Assembly (NCBI RefSeq): GCF_004010195.1
Contig: NC_057718.1
Location: forward strand, 44,361,341 to 44,425,340
From: Chiloscyllium plagiosum
Lineage: Eukaryota
Length of the DNA: 64,000 bases
Direction of reading: 5' to 3'
The translations under genes were made by a program, and so were the position numbers. This document shows, one piece after another, positions 52,605 to 64,000 of this stretch; the stretch's first letter is position 1; each line of letters opens with the position of its first letter. The notes beneath the pieces are model-generated. The model ran no database searches. It was not told the origin of the DNA and was given only the letters and a program-made list of their open reading frames with translations.

Positions 52605-53450
52605 ATTGGTGGTGTAGTGGACACATAAGTTGTCCTCAGAGGGGTCAATGGGCTGAGCAATGGCAGATGGAGTTTATTCAAGATAAATGTATGGTGCTAC
52701 ATTTTGGGAGGGCAGGACTTACATTCTTAATGGTACGGTCCTAGGGAGTGTTGCTGAACAGAGATACCTTGGAGTGAAGGTTCACAGTTCCATGAAAGTA
52801 GACAGGATAATGAAGGTGTTTGTTATGCTTGCCTTTATTGATCAGTGTATAGAGTATTGAAGCTGGTTAGTCATGTTGCGGCCTTGTAGGACATTGGTCT
52901 GGCCATTTTTCAAATACTGAGTTCAATTCTGGTCTCCCTGCTATACGGAAGATGTTGTTAAACTTGAAATGACTCAAGTGATTGACAACAATGTTGCCAG
53001 GGTTGGAAGATTTGAGCTATAGGGAGAGGCTGAAAAGGCTGGGCCTATTCTCCCTGGAACCTCAGAAGCTGAGGGGTGACCTCATAGAAGTTTATAAAAT
53101 TATGAAGTGCACAGATAAAGTGAATAGTCAAGGACATTTCACCGAAAGAGGGGAGTTGAAAACTAGAGGACACAGGTTTAGAATGAGAGGGGAAAGATTT
53201 AAAAGGGACCAAAGGGGCAACTTTTTCAAGCAGAGGGTGGTGCATATACAGATTGGGCTGCCAGAGGAAGTGTTTGAGGCTGATATAATTATACCATTTA
53301 AAAGGCATCTGGATGAGTATATGAATAGGAAGGGTTTGGAGGGATATGGGCCAAAGTTTGGCAAACAAGACTAGATTAGATTCAGATATCTGGTCGGCAT
53401 GGAGGAGTTGGACCTGAGAGTCTGTTTCTGTGCTATACATCTCTAGGACT
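52605..53450 (+). mobile_element. 5'-truncated CR1 LINE
   Basis: MLPGLEDLSYRERLKRLGLFSLE...RGDLIEVYKIM...TRGHRF, followed by the 3' tail. Confidence 0.9.
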
Positions 53451-54362
53451 CCAATTTCCATTTTATGCTCCATGCTAGTTTCTTAAATAGCCCACTTTTT
53501 TTTTCCATGTGACAACTAATTCTGTCTCAAAAACCTTTCTAGAAGCTTCCCCCCTACTGAACTTAAAACGTCCGATCTGTAATTGAGGAGCTTATTCTTG
53601 CAAACATTTTTTGAACAGGAGTGTAAAATTCAAAATATAACAAAGTCAGCTCTTAACAGTTTAACTTGTTGATTAATAGTTAATTCATGCAGTGTGAAAA
53701 TAATCATACTATTTCCAAAGGTCAAAACACAAACGAACACAAGGAATGCTATGTAACTCATCTAAATTCAAATATTTAGGATTCCCAATCAGACAGACAC
53801 TGCATCTGACAGATTTTTAAATACAGGGTGTTTGCACAATTAACACATCTAAGTTTTCTTTGTGTCTGTTGATCACTGTGTGAACCAAATGAACAATGTT
53901 TTGATTTATAATGAATTTTGTACTTTGTGATAAAAATCAGGTGGAAAGTGAAGCCATCAGCACAACGCTACCAACACAAACTCACACTGTTCTCCTGCTG
54001 AACTTCCATTTTGACTTGCTATGTCAGAATATCTTAAGGCCTTTTGAAAGAAATGACCCATTAGCAAAATACAGTAACTTCTATAGCTTTACATCCACTA
54101 AAAAACTGAGTTCAATTTTAATTCATTTTTGACAATTTAATAAATGATTTGACAAAAACATTCTAAAAATGCTTATTTCAGGTTTTTGCTGTAAAGGAAG
54201 AATCCCAATGTTGTAAGCAAGACAAAGAGTGGGGAAGCAAGATGATACTAAGTATTACAAAATATTGGAAATTAGCATCTCTAAATAACACATGTGATAC
54301 TTTCAGTTATATTTCCTAGTATTTTTAATTAAATAGTTTTACCTTAAAACATGAGTATTTAC

Positions 54363-54518
54363 CTATATCATTTCCAGCTGCATAGCTTCCATGACTCTCT
54401 GTCTCCTCTAATGAAAGTATTTTGAATGAAGCTAGTGGAGTAGAACCTGGCTGAGTGGAGATCATGCCTCTGAAACGAGTGACTGTCCAAGTTCTCACAT
54501 GGTTATTATCAGCACACA
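54363..54518 (-). CDS. KCTD3: KCTD3 exon
   Basis: 156 nt. [51 protein letters not shown]. Confidence 0.96.
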
Positions 54519-56654
54519 CTGCAGGATTAAATCATATCAAGTCATTTCCAAAATTCAGAAGCAAAACAGGAAGGCAAAAATATTGTGATTCATTCTGTGA
54601 ATATAGAGAAATATATGGATATGCAATATTTATTAAATGTAAACACAAAGGCCAGTATAAGAACAAAACTGCATGCCTTTCATATAGTTCATATTAGCAA
54701 TCAGAAGAGAACAAACCCAATTTACAAAGAAAGTAAGTGTACCAACTCGGACGTATAAGTGAAAAATGCCTCTGGTCAATATTTCTTGCAAAATAGATTT
54801 TTTTTTCAAATGCACTATAAATACACACCTGTCAAATAACAAACACAGCAACTCCTCTCCAAAGCTTAAATCATAACCCATTTACAATTTTGATATATAG
54901 AATTTTCATTAGTATAAAAGCATAAAAATGGGTAACTCTCACAGTAACACAATGGAAGGAATATCGTAGTATTTGTAGTTTATGAAGATCGCTGACATCA
55001 CTGATCTATGTAACAGGATTCAAGTGAATAGCGGGTTCAAACGTGGGAAAAACATAGGGTTTGAAGCAAAAACAAAAAGGAACTGATCTTCTTATTTGAA
55101 GGTCACTGGAGTGGTGGAATTAAGTCATAAATGTCACAATCGTGGATCAGAATCCCAAAGTACTGTGAACGTTTTTACCTTGCAATTCAAAAATGGTTTT
55201 TAAAAGAAAGCCATCACAGCCAAAAATAGCTGACAATGTAAATTAACTGGTTGGCTGGAGCAAGTGATCCACAGAATATCACAGCTGCAGATGCAAAGGG
55301 AACTTTAAACTGCAGCCCTTCAAATGGACGAAGAGGCAAGTCTGAAACAGACTGGACTGTAATCTCTTGCCACTACAAAGATAACAAGGGCCTGATGACT
55401 CTCTGCTCAATAGCAAACCATGCCCAGTAGATTCTCTCAAACTACAGACACATTTTGTTATTTTTCACTTTTGAAGAATACACAAGTCAAGGGTTAAAAA
55501 AAAAGTTTCAATCCGAGTAGAGTGTGCTTATAGGAATGAACACGAAATTGTGTAACAGCCTGGATTTGAGCGTGAGCATGCTTTGAAGGTCAGGGTTGAA
55601 GGACCCTCCCCTAGACACCCTTGTATTGCAGCTAATCTCTCTCACTTCCAGTGCTACAAACCAGACAAAAATAAATAGGACAAAAGGATTCACTCTCACT
55701 CTGAATGCTGGAATTCAATCAATCATAGTCGAAATAACTCAGAACTGCATAATCGCAACTAATCTGCAAAACTAAGGATTGTGAAAGTGACTGCTCACAT
55801 CTACCAAGGTCAACAATGTCAGTAGCCACCACTGCAATGGCTAGAACATTGAACTATCTACATTTCGTGAACAATTCAGATAGGTTTTAATTTCCATCTT
55901 TTTGGAGTCGCACCTTATTTCTAACCTGTATGAATAGTATTACTAATCCTTTTGCCGTTTAATAATTAATAAACTCAACCTTTGTTAACACAAGGAAGCC
56001 TGGTTAATTGGCTCCTTCTAGATCCAAATGGGCATGTATTTTAGGAGAAAGGTAACCACAACGGAGAGAATTCTTTTAAATTAACTTTGTTGTGACCGAG
56101 GGGATAGATGAATAAAAAAAAGGAGCCAATTCATCCTTTCTCAGTTAGGAGCTTAACTGTTTGGGGGTATCTGCCTGAAACCTAAATGAATTAATGAACC
56201 TGCATGGGTATGGCCATAATGCTAGAGGAGATCACCAAAGTGGATAACATCAGATATTTCAAGTAAATTAGATTGATGCACTTCTGAAAAGAGAAGATAT
56301 TAATAGATATGGACACATGTGGCATATGTTGGGGATGGGGGGAGCTGGCTAGTCCAACTAAGAGAATACTCCATTCCCTAAAGTATCTGATTATGATCTT
56401 CACTTGATTTCTCACCATCCTATTTTCTATGGAATTAGGTTTTCTCATTTGTTTTCCCATCAGGATATCACATATTTTGTATCATTTGTAATGGGGAACA
56501 ACTGAAAATTTAAAAGCACAGACAAGCTACCAATCCTAAACTAATATATAAAAGAAGGACTGTAAAATTTAATTGGGAAGAAATCAGTACAGCACAAATT
56601 AATAAAAACATTAAAAAAAACTCTCTCAAATCTAAATTAAATTCACAAGCTTAC

Positions 56655-56825
56655 CAGACACCAGATATTTTTCAGACAGCATGATTTTAGTTACTGGGCT
56701 TCGGTGAACTGTGAAGGTCTGGAAGAGTTGGGGACCTGACCCTACAGTTTCAGGATGTTGGACTATTACACGCACTGCACCAGAACTGGTTCCATATGCA
56801 ATCTCAATCCAATTGCCACTGACGC
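56655..56825 (-). CDS. KCTD3: KCTD3 exon
   Basis: 171 nt, AG/GT bounded. [56 protein letters not shown]. Confidence 0.96.
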
Positions 56826-57229
56826 CTATAAATGAGCAAAATATATTTAACAATCATACATTAACTGAAGTCTCCAAATGTAATATATGTTTAGACAGAA
56901 CAGATATCTTCCTTCCCCTTTTTACATTAGGCAACTGACATGCTGGGGTATAGCTTCAATACTCTGACAACCCAAGTAACCCTAGATAGTGAGTAGTGGA
57001 AAGTGTTTTGTTTATTAAGTATATTACAGTTGAGCCCAGCTTTGTCCACACCAACACACACATTTTCTTTAAAGGAGCAGAATGGGTAAGGATTAGGAGC
57101 TGGAATTGTGACTGATTTTAAAGTCAAGAATGCAGCAAACACAATAGCTTTACTTCTATTAACACTGCAGCTTATACGGGATCTTAGGATTTTGTTGTGG
57201 TTCTGTTCGCCGAGCTGTATATATTTATT

Positions 57230-57269
57230 GTAAACGTTTCGTCCCCTGTCTAGGTGACATCCTCAGTGC
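57230..57269 (-). ncRNA. Second minimal hammerhead motif (inverted pLTR; sense with KCTD3 pre-mRNA)
   Basis: Reverse complement reads GCACTGAGGATGTCACCTAGACAGGGGACGAAACGTTTAC. Confidence 0.65.
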
Positions 57270-58038
57270 TTGGGAGCCTCCTGTGAAGCGCTTCTGTGGT
57301 GTTTCCTCCGGCATTTATAGTGGCCTGTCCCTGCCGCTTCCGGTTGTCAGTTTCAGCTGTCCGCTGTAGTGGCCGGTATATTGGGTCCAGGTCGATGTGT
57401 TTGTTGATGGAGTTTCATTCAACAACCAGATATACGAACAAATCAACGGAACACCCATGGGCTCACCGATCTCGGGACCTAACATCCTCAGCGTTCCTTC
57501 TACCTATGTCATTGGTGCCAATGTGGACCATGACTTCGGGCTGCTCCCCCTCCCCCTCAAGGGCCCGGGAAACACGATCAGAGACATCACGTACCCTTGC
57601 ACCTGGGAGGCAACATACCAAACGTGAGTCTCTCTCGTTCCCACAAAACCGCCTATCTGTGCCACGAACTATCGAGTCCCCAATTACTACTGCTCTGCTC
57701 TTCTTCACCCTTCCCTTCTGAGTAACGGGGACAGGCTCCGTGCCAGAGACCTGAGCCCCGTTACCAGCTATCCTTAGTAGCCACACACGCAGACGACAAG
57801 CAACATGAATTCGACTGGGACAACACTACCATTATAGGGCAAGCCAAACAAAGAACAGCCAGGGAATTCCTAGAAGCATGGCACTCATCCACAAACTCCA
57901 TCAACAAACACATCGACCTGGACCCAATATACCGGCCACTACAGCGGACAGCTGAAACTGACAACCGGAAGCGGCAGGGACAGGCCACTATAAATGCCGG
58001 AGGAAACACCACAGAAGCGCTTCACAGGAGGCTCCCAA

Positions 58039-58078
58039 GCACTGAGGATGTCACCTAGATAGGGGACGAAACGTTTGC
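58039..58078 (+). ncRNA. Minimal type I hammerhead ribozyme motif in the Penelope pLTR
   Basis: GCA-CTGAGGA-T-GTCACCT(AGAT)AGGGGAC-GAAA-CG-TT-TGC: CUGANGA and GAAA cores, stem II, palindromic stem III. Confidence 0.7.
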
Positions 58079-58425
58079 AACAAAAATTTCCAGCTCCGCG
58101 AACAGAACCACAACAACGAGCACCCGAGCTACAAATCTTCACCCAAACTTTGAATCTTAGGATTTTTTTTCCGCAACCTTGATGGCAGCTGACCAATACA
58201 ATTCAATCTACCCTCACCATTTCTCTTTTCTGCCATTCTAGATTCATCCCATCAGCATTCCAATTTCCATAACATCATTTATTGCTTAGGAAAGTTATGT
58301 ATCCACTGGAGCCTCTTATACTGTCTGAGGTTTTGTCTGATAATCTGAACTGAACAAATGTTCAATCGCTTAGCATATAGAAATTTTAATTAGCAGACTA
58401 TATTGGTTATTGACAACGTACATAC

Positions 58426-58542
58426 TTGTCTTTGGAGTGAGGTACACACTTAATGCAGTGATGGCATCATTTGATGGATCATGATAAAGCTCCGTAACCA
58501 GAAGATCATTATCCTTCATCCTTAATGGGAACTTCTGCATGT
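58426..58542 (-). CDS. KCTD3: KCTD3 exon
   Basis: ctag|AC ATG CAG AAG...ACA A|gtatg, 117 nt. [39 protein letters not shown]. Confidence 0.96.
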
Positions 58543-58889
58543 CTAGAATACAGTGCAAGGTCACTCTTATTAATAATTAACGTACAATACTTTACGTATG
58601 AAAAATAAAACACAATCCAAATTTGGAGTAGATGTAGTATTTTAAACTTACAGTGTGGAATAGTTTGGAATAAGATACAGCGAAATCAATTGATGATTTC
58701 GTTTCAATGATTTTCTGCAATTTTACCAAATGTGATTTTCTGTGTCCCTCCCCAAGATACACAGACATAGGTTAACTCACGAACTTCTCATGAATCTCAA
58801 AAAGGGGAAAAATAAAACTTTTTTTCCTTGACTTTGACTGCTTTAGGCTGGTAAGCAACATATTTTGTGGTATGAATTGTTCCTTTTGA

Positions 58890-59350
58890 ACTGGACCTGC
58901 TCATATAGCACAAAAACAGACCCTTCGGTTCAACCAGTCCATGCCAAGCATAATCCCAAACTAAGATAGTTCCATCTGCTTCTTCCTGGCCCATATCCCT
59001 CCAAAGTCGTCCAATTCACGTACTTATCCAAATGTCTTTTAAATGCTATAATTGTGCCCCACATCCACCAGTTCCTCAGGAAGTTCATTCAACATGCGAA
59101 CCACTATGTGAAAAAAAAAGCCCCTTCTTTTTTAAATCTCTCTCCTCAAACTTGTGCTCCCTAGTCTAGAAATCCACATTCTAGAGAAAAGACAACTACC
59201 ACTAATCCTATCCATACCCCTCATGATTTTATAAACTTCTATAAGGTCACCTCTCAACCTCCTACGATCCAGTGTAAAAAGTCCTAACCTATCCAGTCTT
59301 TCTTTATAACTTAAACCTTCCATACCCTGCAACATCCTGGTAAATCTCTC
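58890..59350 (-). mobile_element. CR1 3' end
   Basis: RFTRMLQGMEGLSYKERLDRLGLFTLDRRRLRGDLIEVYKIMRG. Confidence 0.88.
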
Positions 59351-59551
59351 CCTCTCTGTCTGGGCCATAAAAAAAATCAACTGAATAAACAGTTCAGTAA
59401 TTATCTCACCAGGTAGCTGTTAGCTTAAGTCACATGTTTTACTTTAAATTCTGGTTTAACACAAATGCTAAAAACGTTTTGGACCCCAATAAAACAAAGA
59501 CACCTTCACAGAACAAAAAAAAACCCATTAAACTCTATATTATAACTATGT

Positions 59552-60040
59552 TATAGAGTCATACAGCACAGAAACAGACCCTTTGGCCCAATTCATCCAT
59601 GCTGATCAGGTTTCCTAAACTGAAATAGTCCCATTTGCCTGCATTTGGCTCATATCCCTCTGTCTTTCCCGTCCATGTACCTGCTCAAATATATTTTTTA
59701 ATATTATAATTACACTTACCTCACACCCTCTGACAGCTCGACCTATATACACACACCACCCTCTGTATGATAAAGTCACCCTTCAGGTCTCTTAAATCTT
59801 GTCCCTCTCACCTTAACCTACGCACTCTAGTTTTGGAATCCCTTACTCTAGGGGAAATACTTTGACCATTCATTTCATTTATCCCCCTCACGATTGTATA
59901 AACCTCTCAGCCTCCTACGCTCCTGGGGAAAAAAGTCAGACTATCCAGCCTCTTCATATAACTCAAACCCTCTAGTGTCTGTAACATCCTTGTAAATAGT
60001 TTTTGTATCCTTTCCAGTTTAATAACATCCTTCCAAAGCA
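59552..60040 (-). mobile_element. CR1 3' end
   Basis: Tail atagagtcatacagcacagaaacagaccc; body similar to 7350-7850. Confidence 0.8.
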
Positions 60041-60755
60041 GGATGCTTCCTAAAGCAAGTTCTCCAGTAATAATACATTATAAACCTTATTCACAAAAGC
60101 TAAATGCCAATCTTAGCAGTCGGATACAAACAGAAATGAGTCAAGTCATTGACAAGACAAAAATACAAGGTCAGAAACAAGCTAAGGTGGGTGTCATTAC
60201 ACTGCCAAGTAAATTTGTAGGTAATGGGTATTCTTGAAACCACAAATAATATTCAGATGAAACAGCAACTTTACTGCTACAATTAGACAGAAGGCACAGA
60301 ACACCTATACAGATGGAACTTCAGCATCTTTGGCAAGTCCCGGCAATACTTATACTGTAACCTCTACTATTGACCTCAAAGGGCCCTAATGATAGGTAAT
60401 TTAAAAGAGCAAATAAGTCAATTGTTTACAATCTTTCACCAAGTACATGAAAAAAAAGCAACGTTTCCTGGATGTGAGATGTTCATTGTGATGTTGCAAA
60501 TCTAATATTGATCATTACTACAACACATTCTACCAAACTATTCTGAATCATCTTATTTAGGAAAACTTCGGCTTTAAACTTGGATATCTCTTTTAACATT
60601 CTCTTTTCAGCACCTCATTAGTTTTTATATTTCTTGATGCTTTCATAATCTTTACAGATGCTTGACTTTTACCTTTCTTTTAATAAAAGCCTCTGCAGTC
60701 TCCTACCCACAACTTCAGGTAAAATATTTATCAATGGCTGATGACAGTTTCTTAC

Positions 60756-60843
60756 CTATATAATATATCGATCCATTGTTACAGCCCAGCAGAAGGAATG
60801 TTCCTGCAGTGTCGCAGCTGGTGATAGGAACAACCTCCTGCAC
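60756..60843 (-). CDS. KCTD3: KCTD3 exon (WD40 region)
   Basis: Minus strand tacag|GTG CAG GAG...TAT ATA G|gtaag, 88 nt. [29 protein letters not shown]. Confidence 0.93.
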
Positions 60844-61699
60844 CTGTACATTTCAAGAGAATTTTAAGGAAACATGGATCTTGATACAATTATTGATATT
60901 TCCCCTAGTTAAGATGACATTCTTTAAAAAAAAAGATTGTTGCAATGAAACCTTAGTCTCAGTTACAAAAAAATTAATGTCAGTTCAGAAAATCTGACAA
61001 ATAAGAGCTTAAAAACATAATGTTACAGTTCTTACTGATCAAATACAACAATTCATGCAAATAGAATCTGTCAATTTGTACAGCACTTGTAACTAGAAAC
61101 GGACTGCACCAGAGTTTTTTTGATTCACTCTCAACCCCAGTAAAAGATGAATTTCATGTCATATATTACATGACAATTAATCATGTCAGCAGTAAAACAA
61201 CTGCCAGGCTAATATTTCAGTCTCTGAATCAGTTCCTTATCCCCACATTAAATAAAATAATCTGATTTATGGTGTAATATGGAGTGGTTCTATTAGATGG
61301 AAATTCCTGCAGAATTCCTTATATCCTAGGAGATGAGCTGTAGTTTGAGAGAGAACTTTTTCTTGGTGGGAAGTCCACATAGAACAAATGCTATTATGTG
61401 GAAAGCAATTGCTAGATTGAAAAGATGCATTTGTTGTGGGACCCTTTTGTTTGGCACATTCTTATTTTAAGCGGTTGCAAGTCTGGAAATAGTTAAAGAC
61501 CAAAAAAGATGAAAGATTGTAGTAAGTGACTCTATGACTCTAAGAGTAATATATAGTCTTCTTAATAAGATGCACAGATACAGAGATGAGCAGCAGGAAA
61601 CAGTAATATTTTAAAACGGAGGAACAACAGGTTAAGTAGATTTAGCCACAAGTAACACAATATGATTAGTTAACAATCCAACAATAAGAAACATCTTAC

Positions 61700-62420
61700 A
61701 AATGGTCACCAGTTTACACTGAATTTGCAATTACTCCAATTCAATTGAGGCGATGGAATCTGATTTAGAGGCATTGTGTGACATCAGACAGGGGGAAAGT
61801 CACCTGGGCACTTTGCTCCAGAGTGATCACACCGTTCCGATCACAGGTCAGTTTTGAGTTGCCCGAGACAGAAAGGTGCGACTGCACTTGAGGACCCAGG
61901 GATTTACACTGAGGAGCCTTGGCTGTTGCAATTGTCCAACAATTATGAAGTTCATGCAAACTGCGAGGAGAGAGAACAGTAATGAGATGAACAAACTGAT
62001 CATGGCACCTTGGGACTGGGAGCTGCGAGGAGTGGAAACAGAAAGTTAGCAATGGTACAGAATACAATAGGGATCTAGATTTTGTTCTCTGCAGCTGTGA
62101 GCAGGACTCCGGAAGGCTGTGTTGCTTCCCTAATTCAAGAGTTCAGGACATCTACTCCAAGCTGGAGAGGAATTTGGAGACAAAGGAGGGATCTAGTAAT
62201 CAGCATCCATGTTGGCACCAACAACATTGGTAGGACCAGAAAGGCCACTCCATTCGAAGATTTTGAACAAACAGGAGCTAAACTAAAAAGGAACTAAACT
62301 AATAATCTTTGGATTACTACCTGAGCCACAGGCATACTGGCATAGGGTAAATAAAGTCAAGGAATTAAATACTTGACCAAAATTAGTGTTGGTGCAATGG
62401 GTTTCAGTTCATGGCTGCAC
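61700..62420 (+). mobile_element. Decayed CR1 ORF1 (esterase) fragment
   Basis: VISIHVGTNNIGR; IIFGLLPEP-like remnant. Confidence 0.6.
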
Positions 62421-62609
62421 TGGTAATGGGGTCATGGAGTGAAGGAGACAGAAAACAGTTAACCACGGACCAGTTAGCATAACATTTGTCAATGGAAAAA
62501 TGCTACGGTCTGCAACAAAGAATGTAATAGCAGAACTTTAAGAAACACTTAACATTCAAATGTATTATTGAGCTCTGAAATCTACTACTTTTAAATAAAA
62601 ACTTAACAG

Positions 62610-62790
62610 CAATTTAGTTTTGTTCAATATATTGTTTCAGTTGCATGACACTGTAATCTTTTGCTATAAATTCTGTGTCTAATGAAGGAGCAGCGCTGTC
62701 TGAAAGCTAGTACTTTCAAATAAACCTGTTGGACTATAACCTGGCATTGTGTGATTTTTTTAAAACTTTGTCCACCTCAGTCCAACCCCC
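62610..62790 (+). mobile_element. Penelope-pLTR-like fragment with a decayed hammerhead core
   Basis: ctaatgaaggagcagcgctgtctgaaagctag...aaacctgttggactataacctgg; CTAATGA...GAAA-GC-TA layout. Confidence 0.5.
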
Positions 62791-63855
62791 TCTGCCCGTC
62801 AATCTGTCCTTACGATAACACGTGTATCCTTGAATATTCATTTCCCAGGCCCTGTCCACTTGAAGCCACGTCTCAGTTATCCCCACAATATCGTATCTGC
62901 CAATTTCCAAAAGAGCCTCAAGCTCATCCATCTTATGTCTAATGCTTCATGCATTCATGTTTGCTGATGATATGAAGTTAGGTGGACAGGCAGGTAGTTC
63001 TGAGGAGGTGGGGAGGCTGCAGAAATATTTAGACAGTTTAGGAGGGTGTTCCAGGAAAGGGCTGATGAAATTCAACATGAGCAAATGTGAGATCTTGCAC
63101 TTTGAAAAAAAAGAGTACAGGCATAGATTATTTTTCTGAACGGTGAGAAAATTCACAAAGCCAAAAGTACAAAGGGATCTGGGAGTATCAGTCCAGGATT
63201 CTCTAAAGGTTAACTTGCAGGTTGAGTCCGTCATTAAGAAAGCGAATATAATGATGTCATTTATCTCAAGAGGGCTGGAATATAAAAGCAGCGATGTGCT
63301 TCTGAGACTTTATAAAGCTCTAGTTAGGCCCAATTTAGAATACTGTGTTCAATTTTGGACCCCACACCTCAGCAAAGACATACTGGCACTGGAACGTGTC
63401 CAGCGGAGATTCACACAGATGATCCTTGGAACGACTGAGGATCCTGGGATTGTATTCATTAGATTTTAGAAGGTTGAGGGGAGATCAAATAGAAACTTAC
63501 AAGATAATGTATAGCTTAGGAAGGGTGGATTCTGGGAAGTTGTTTCCATTAGGTGGGAGACGAGGACCCGTGGGCACAGCCTTAGAATTAGAGGGAGTCA
63601 ATTTAGAATGGAATTGAGGAGACATTTCCTCAGCCAGAGAGTGGTGGTCTGTGGAATTCATTGCCATGGAGAGCAGTGGAGGCCGGGACATTAAATGTCT
63701 TAAAGGCAGATAAATTCTTGATCTCGCAAGGAATTAAGGGATAAGGGGAGAGTGTGAATAAGTAGAGTTGAAATGTCCATCAGCTGCGATTAAATAGCAG
63801 AGTGGACTTGATCGACTGAATGGCTTTACTTCCACTCCTAAGTCTTTTGGTCTTA
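62785..63855 (+). mobile_element. CR1 LINE: RT 3' part (+, from about 62958) joined to an inverted endonuclease fragment (-, 62785-62958)
   Basis: Plus strand FADDMKLGG...QRDLGV...LYKALVRPNLEYCVQFW; minus strand MDELEALLEIGRYDIVGITETWL...YRKDRLTGRGG. Confidence 0.85.
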
Positions 63856-64000
63856 CGGAATACTGTGAACAGCTTTTGGGCCTCTTATCCAAGGCAGTAC
63901 AGAGAAGGCTCACTAGGCTGATTCCAGGTATGGAAGTACTGTTTCAAGAGGAGCAGTAGATGGGGAGGGGTGGGGGGCTGTACTCATTGGAATTGAGAAG

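Larger units (their letters stand above)
57181..58166 (+). mobile_element. Penelope-like insertion with inverted pLTRs, 13-bp TSD and an internal CR1 ORF1 fragment
   Basis: TSD ATCTTAGGATTTT at 57181-57193 and 58154-58166; inverted arms 57192-57415 and 57893-58116; RT motif FNNQIYEQINGTPMGSPISG (57418-57477); GIY-YIG C-terminal half HEFDWDNTTIIGQAKQRTAREFLEAWHS...SIN (57765-58058). Confidence 0.9.

Noticed and set aside
1..64000. CRISPR array, operon or prokaryotic defence system
   Set aside because: Vertebrate intron-exon DNA; no regularly spaced repeats or bacterial-type genes seen.

Overview
Eukaryotic (vertebrate) genomic DNA, almost certainly from a cartilaginous fish (shark-type HE1 SINEs, CR1 LINEs, Penelope-like repeats). 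Two genes end tail-to-tail. On the + strand are the last 8 coding exons of USH2A (usherin): final FN3 repeats, transmembrane helix, cytoplasmic tail, stop at 34220-34222. On the - strand are the last 8 coding exons of KCTD3 (WD40 region and C-terminus, stop at 46724). All exons were spliced by hand at GT/AG sites and their phases fit. The rest is intron or intergenic DNA full of decayed retroelements, with two assembly gaps; most ORF-track entries are TE remnants or noise. Best leads: (1) an in-frame TAG in a USH2A exon at 10346-10348, plus several apparent changes at conserved residues; (2) the 72-nt inner-ear-type alternative USH2A exon at 24780-24851; (3) a TSD-flanked Penelope insertion with inverted pLTRs, two minimal hammerhead motifs and a captured antisense CR1 ORF1 fragment at 57181-58166; (4) a ~415-bp inverted repeat next to a USH2A exon; (5) a 216-bp duplication interleaved with a CR1 fragment. 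Comparisons to human/mouse proteins and repeat families come from recall, not database searches. I cannot establish a wholly new biological system from the sequence alone.
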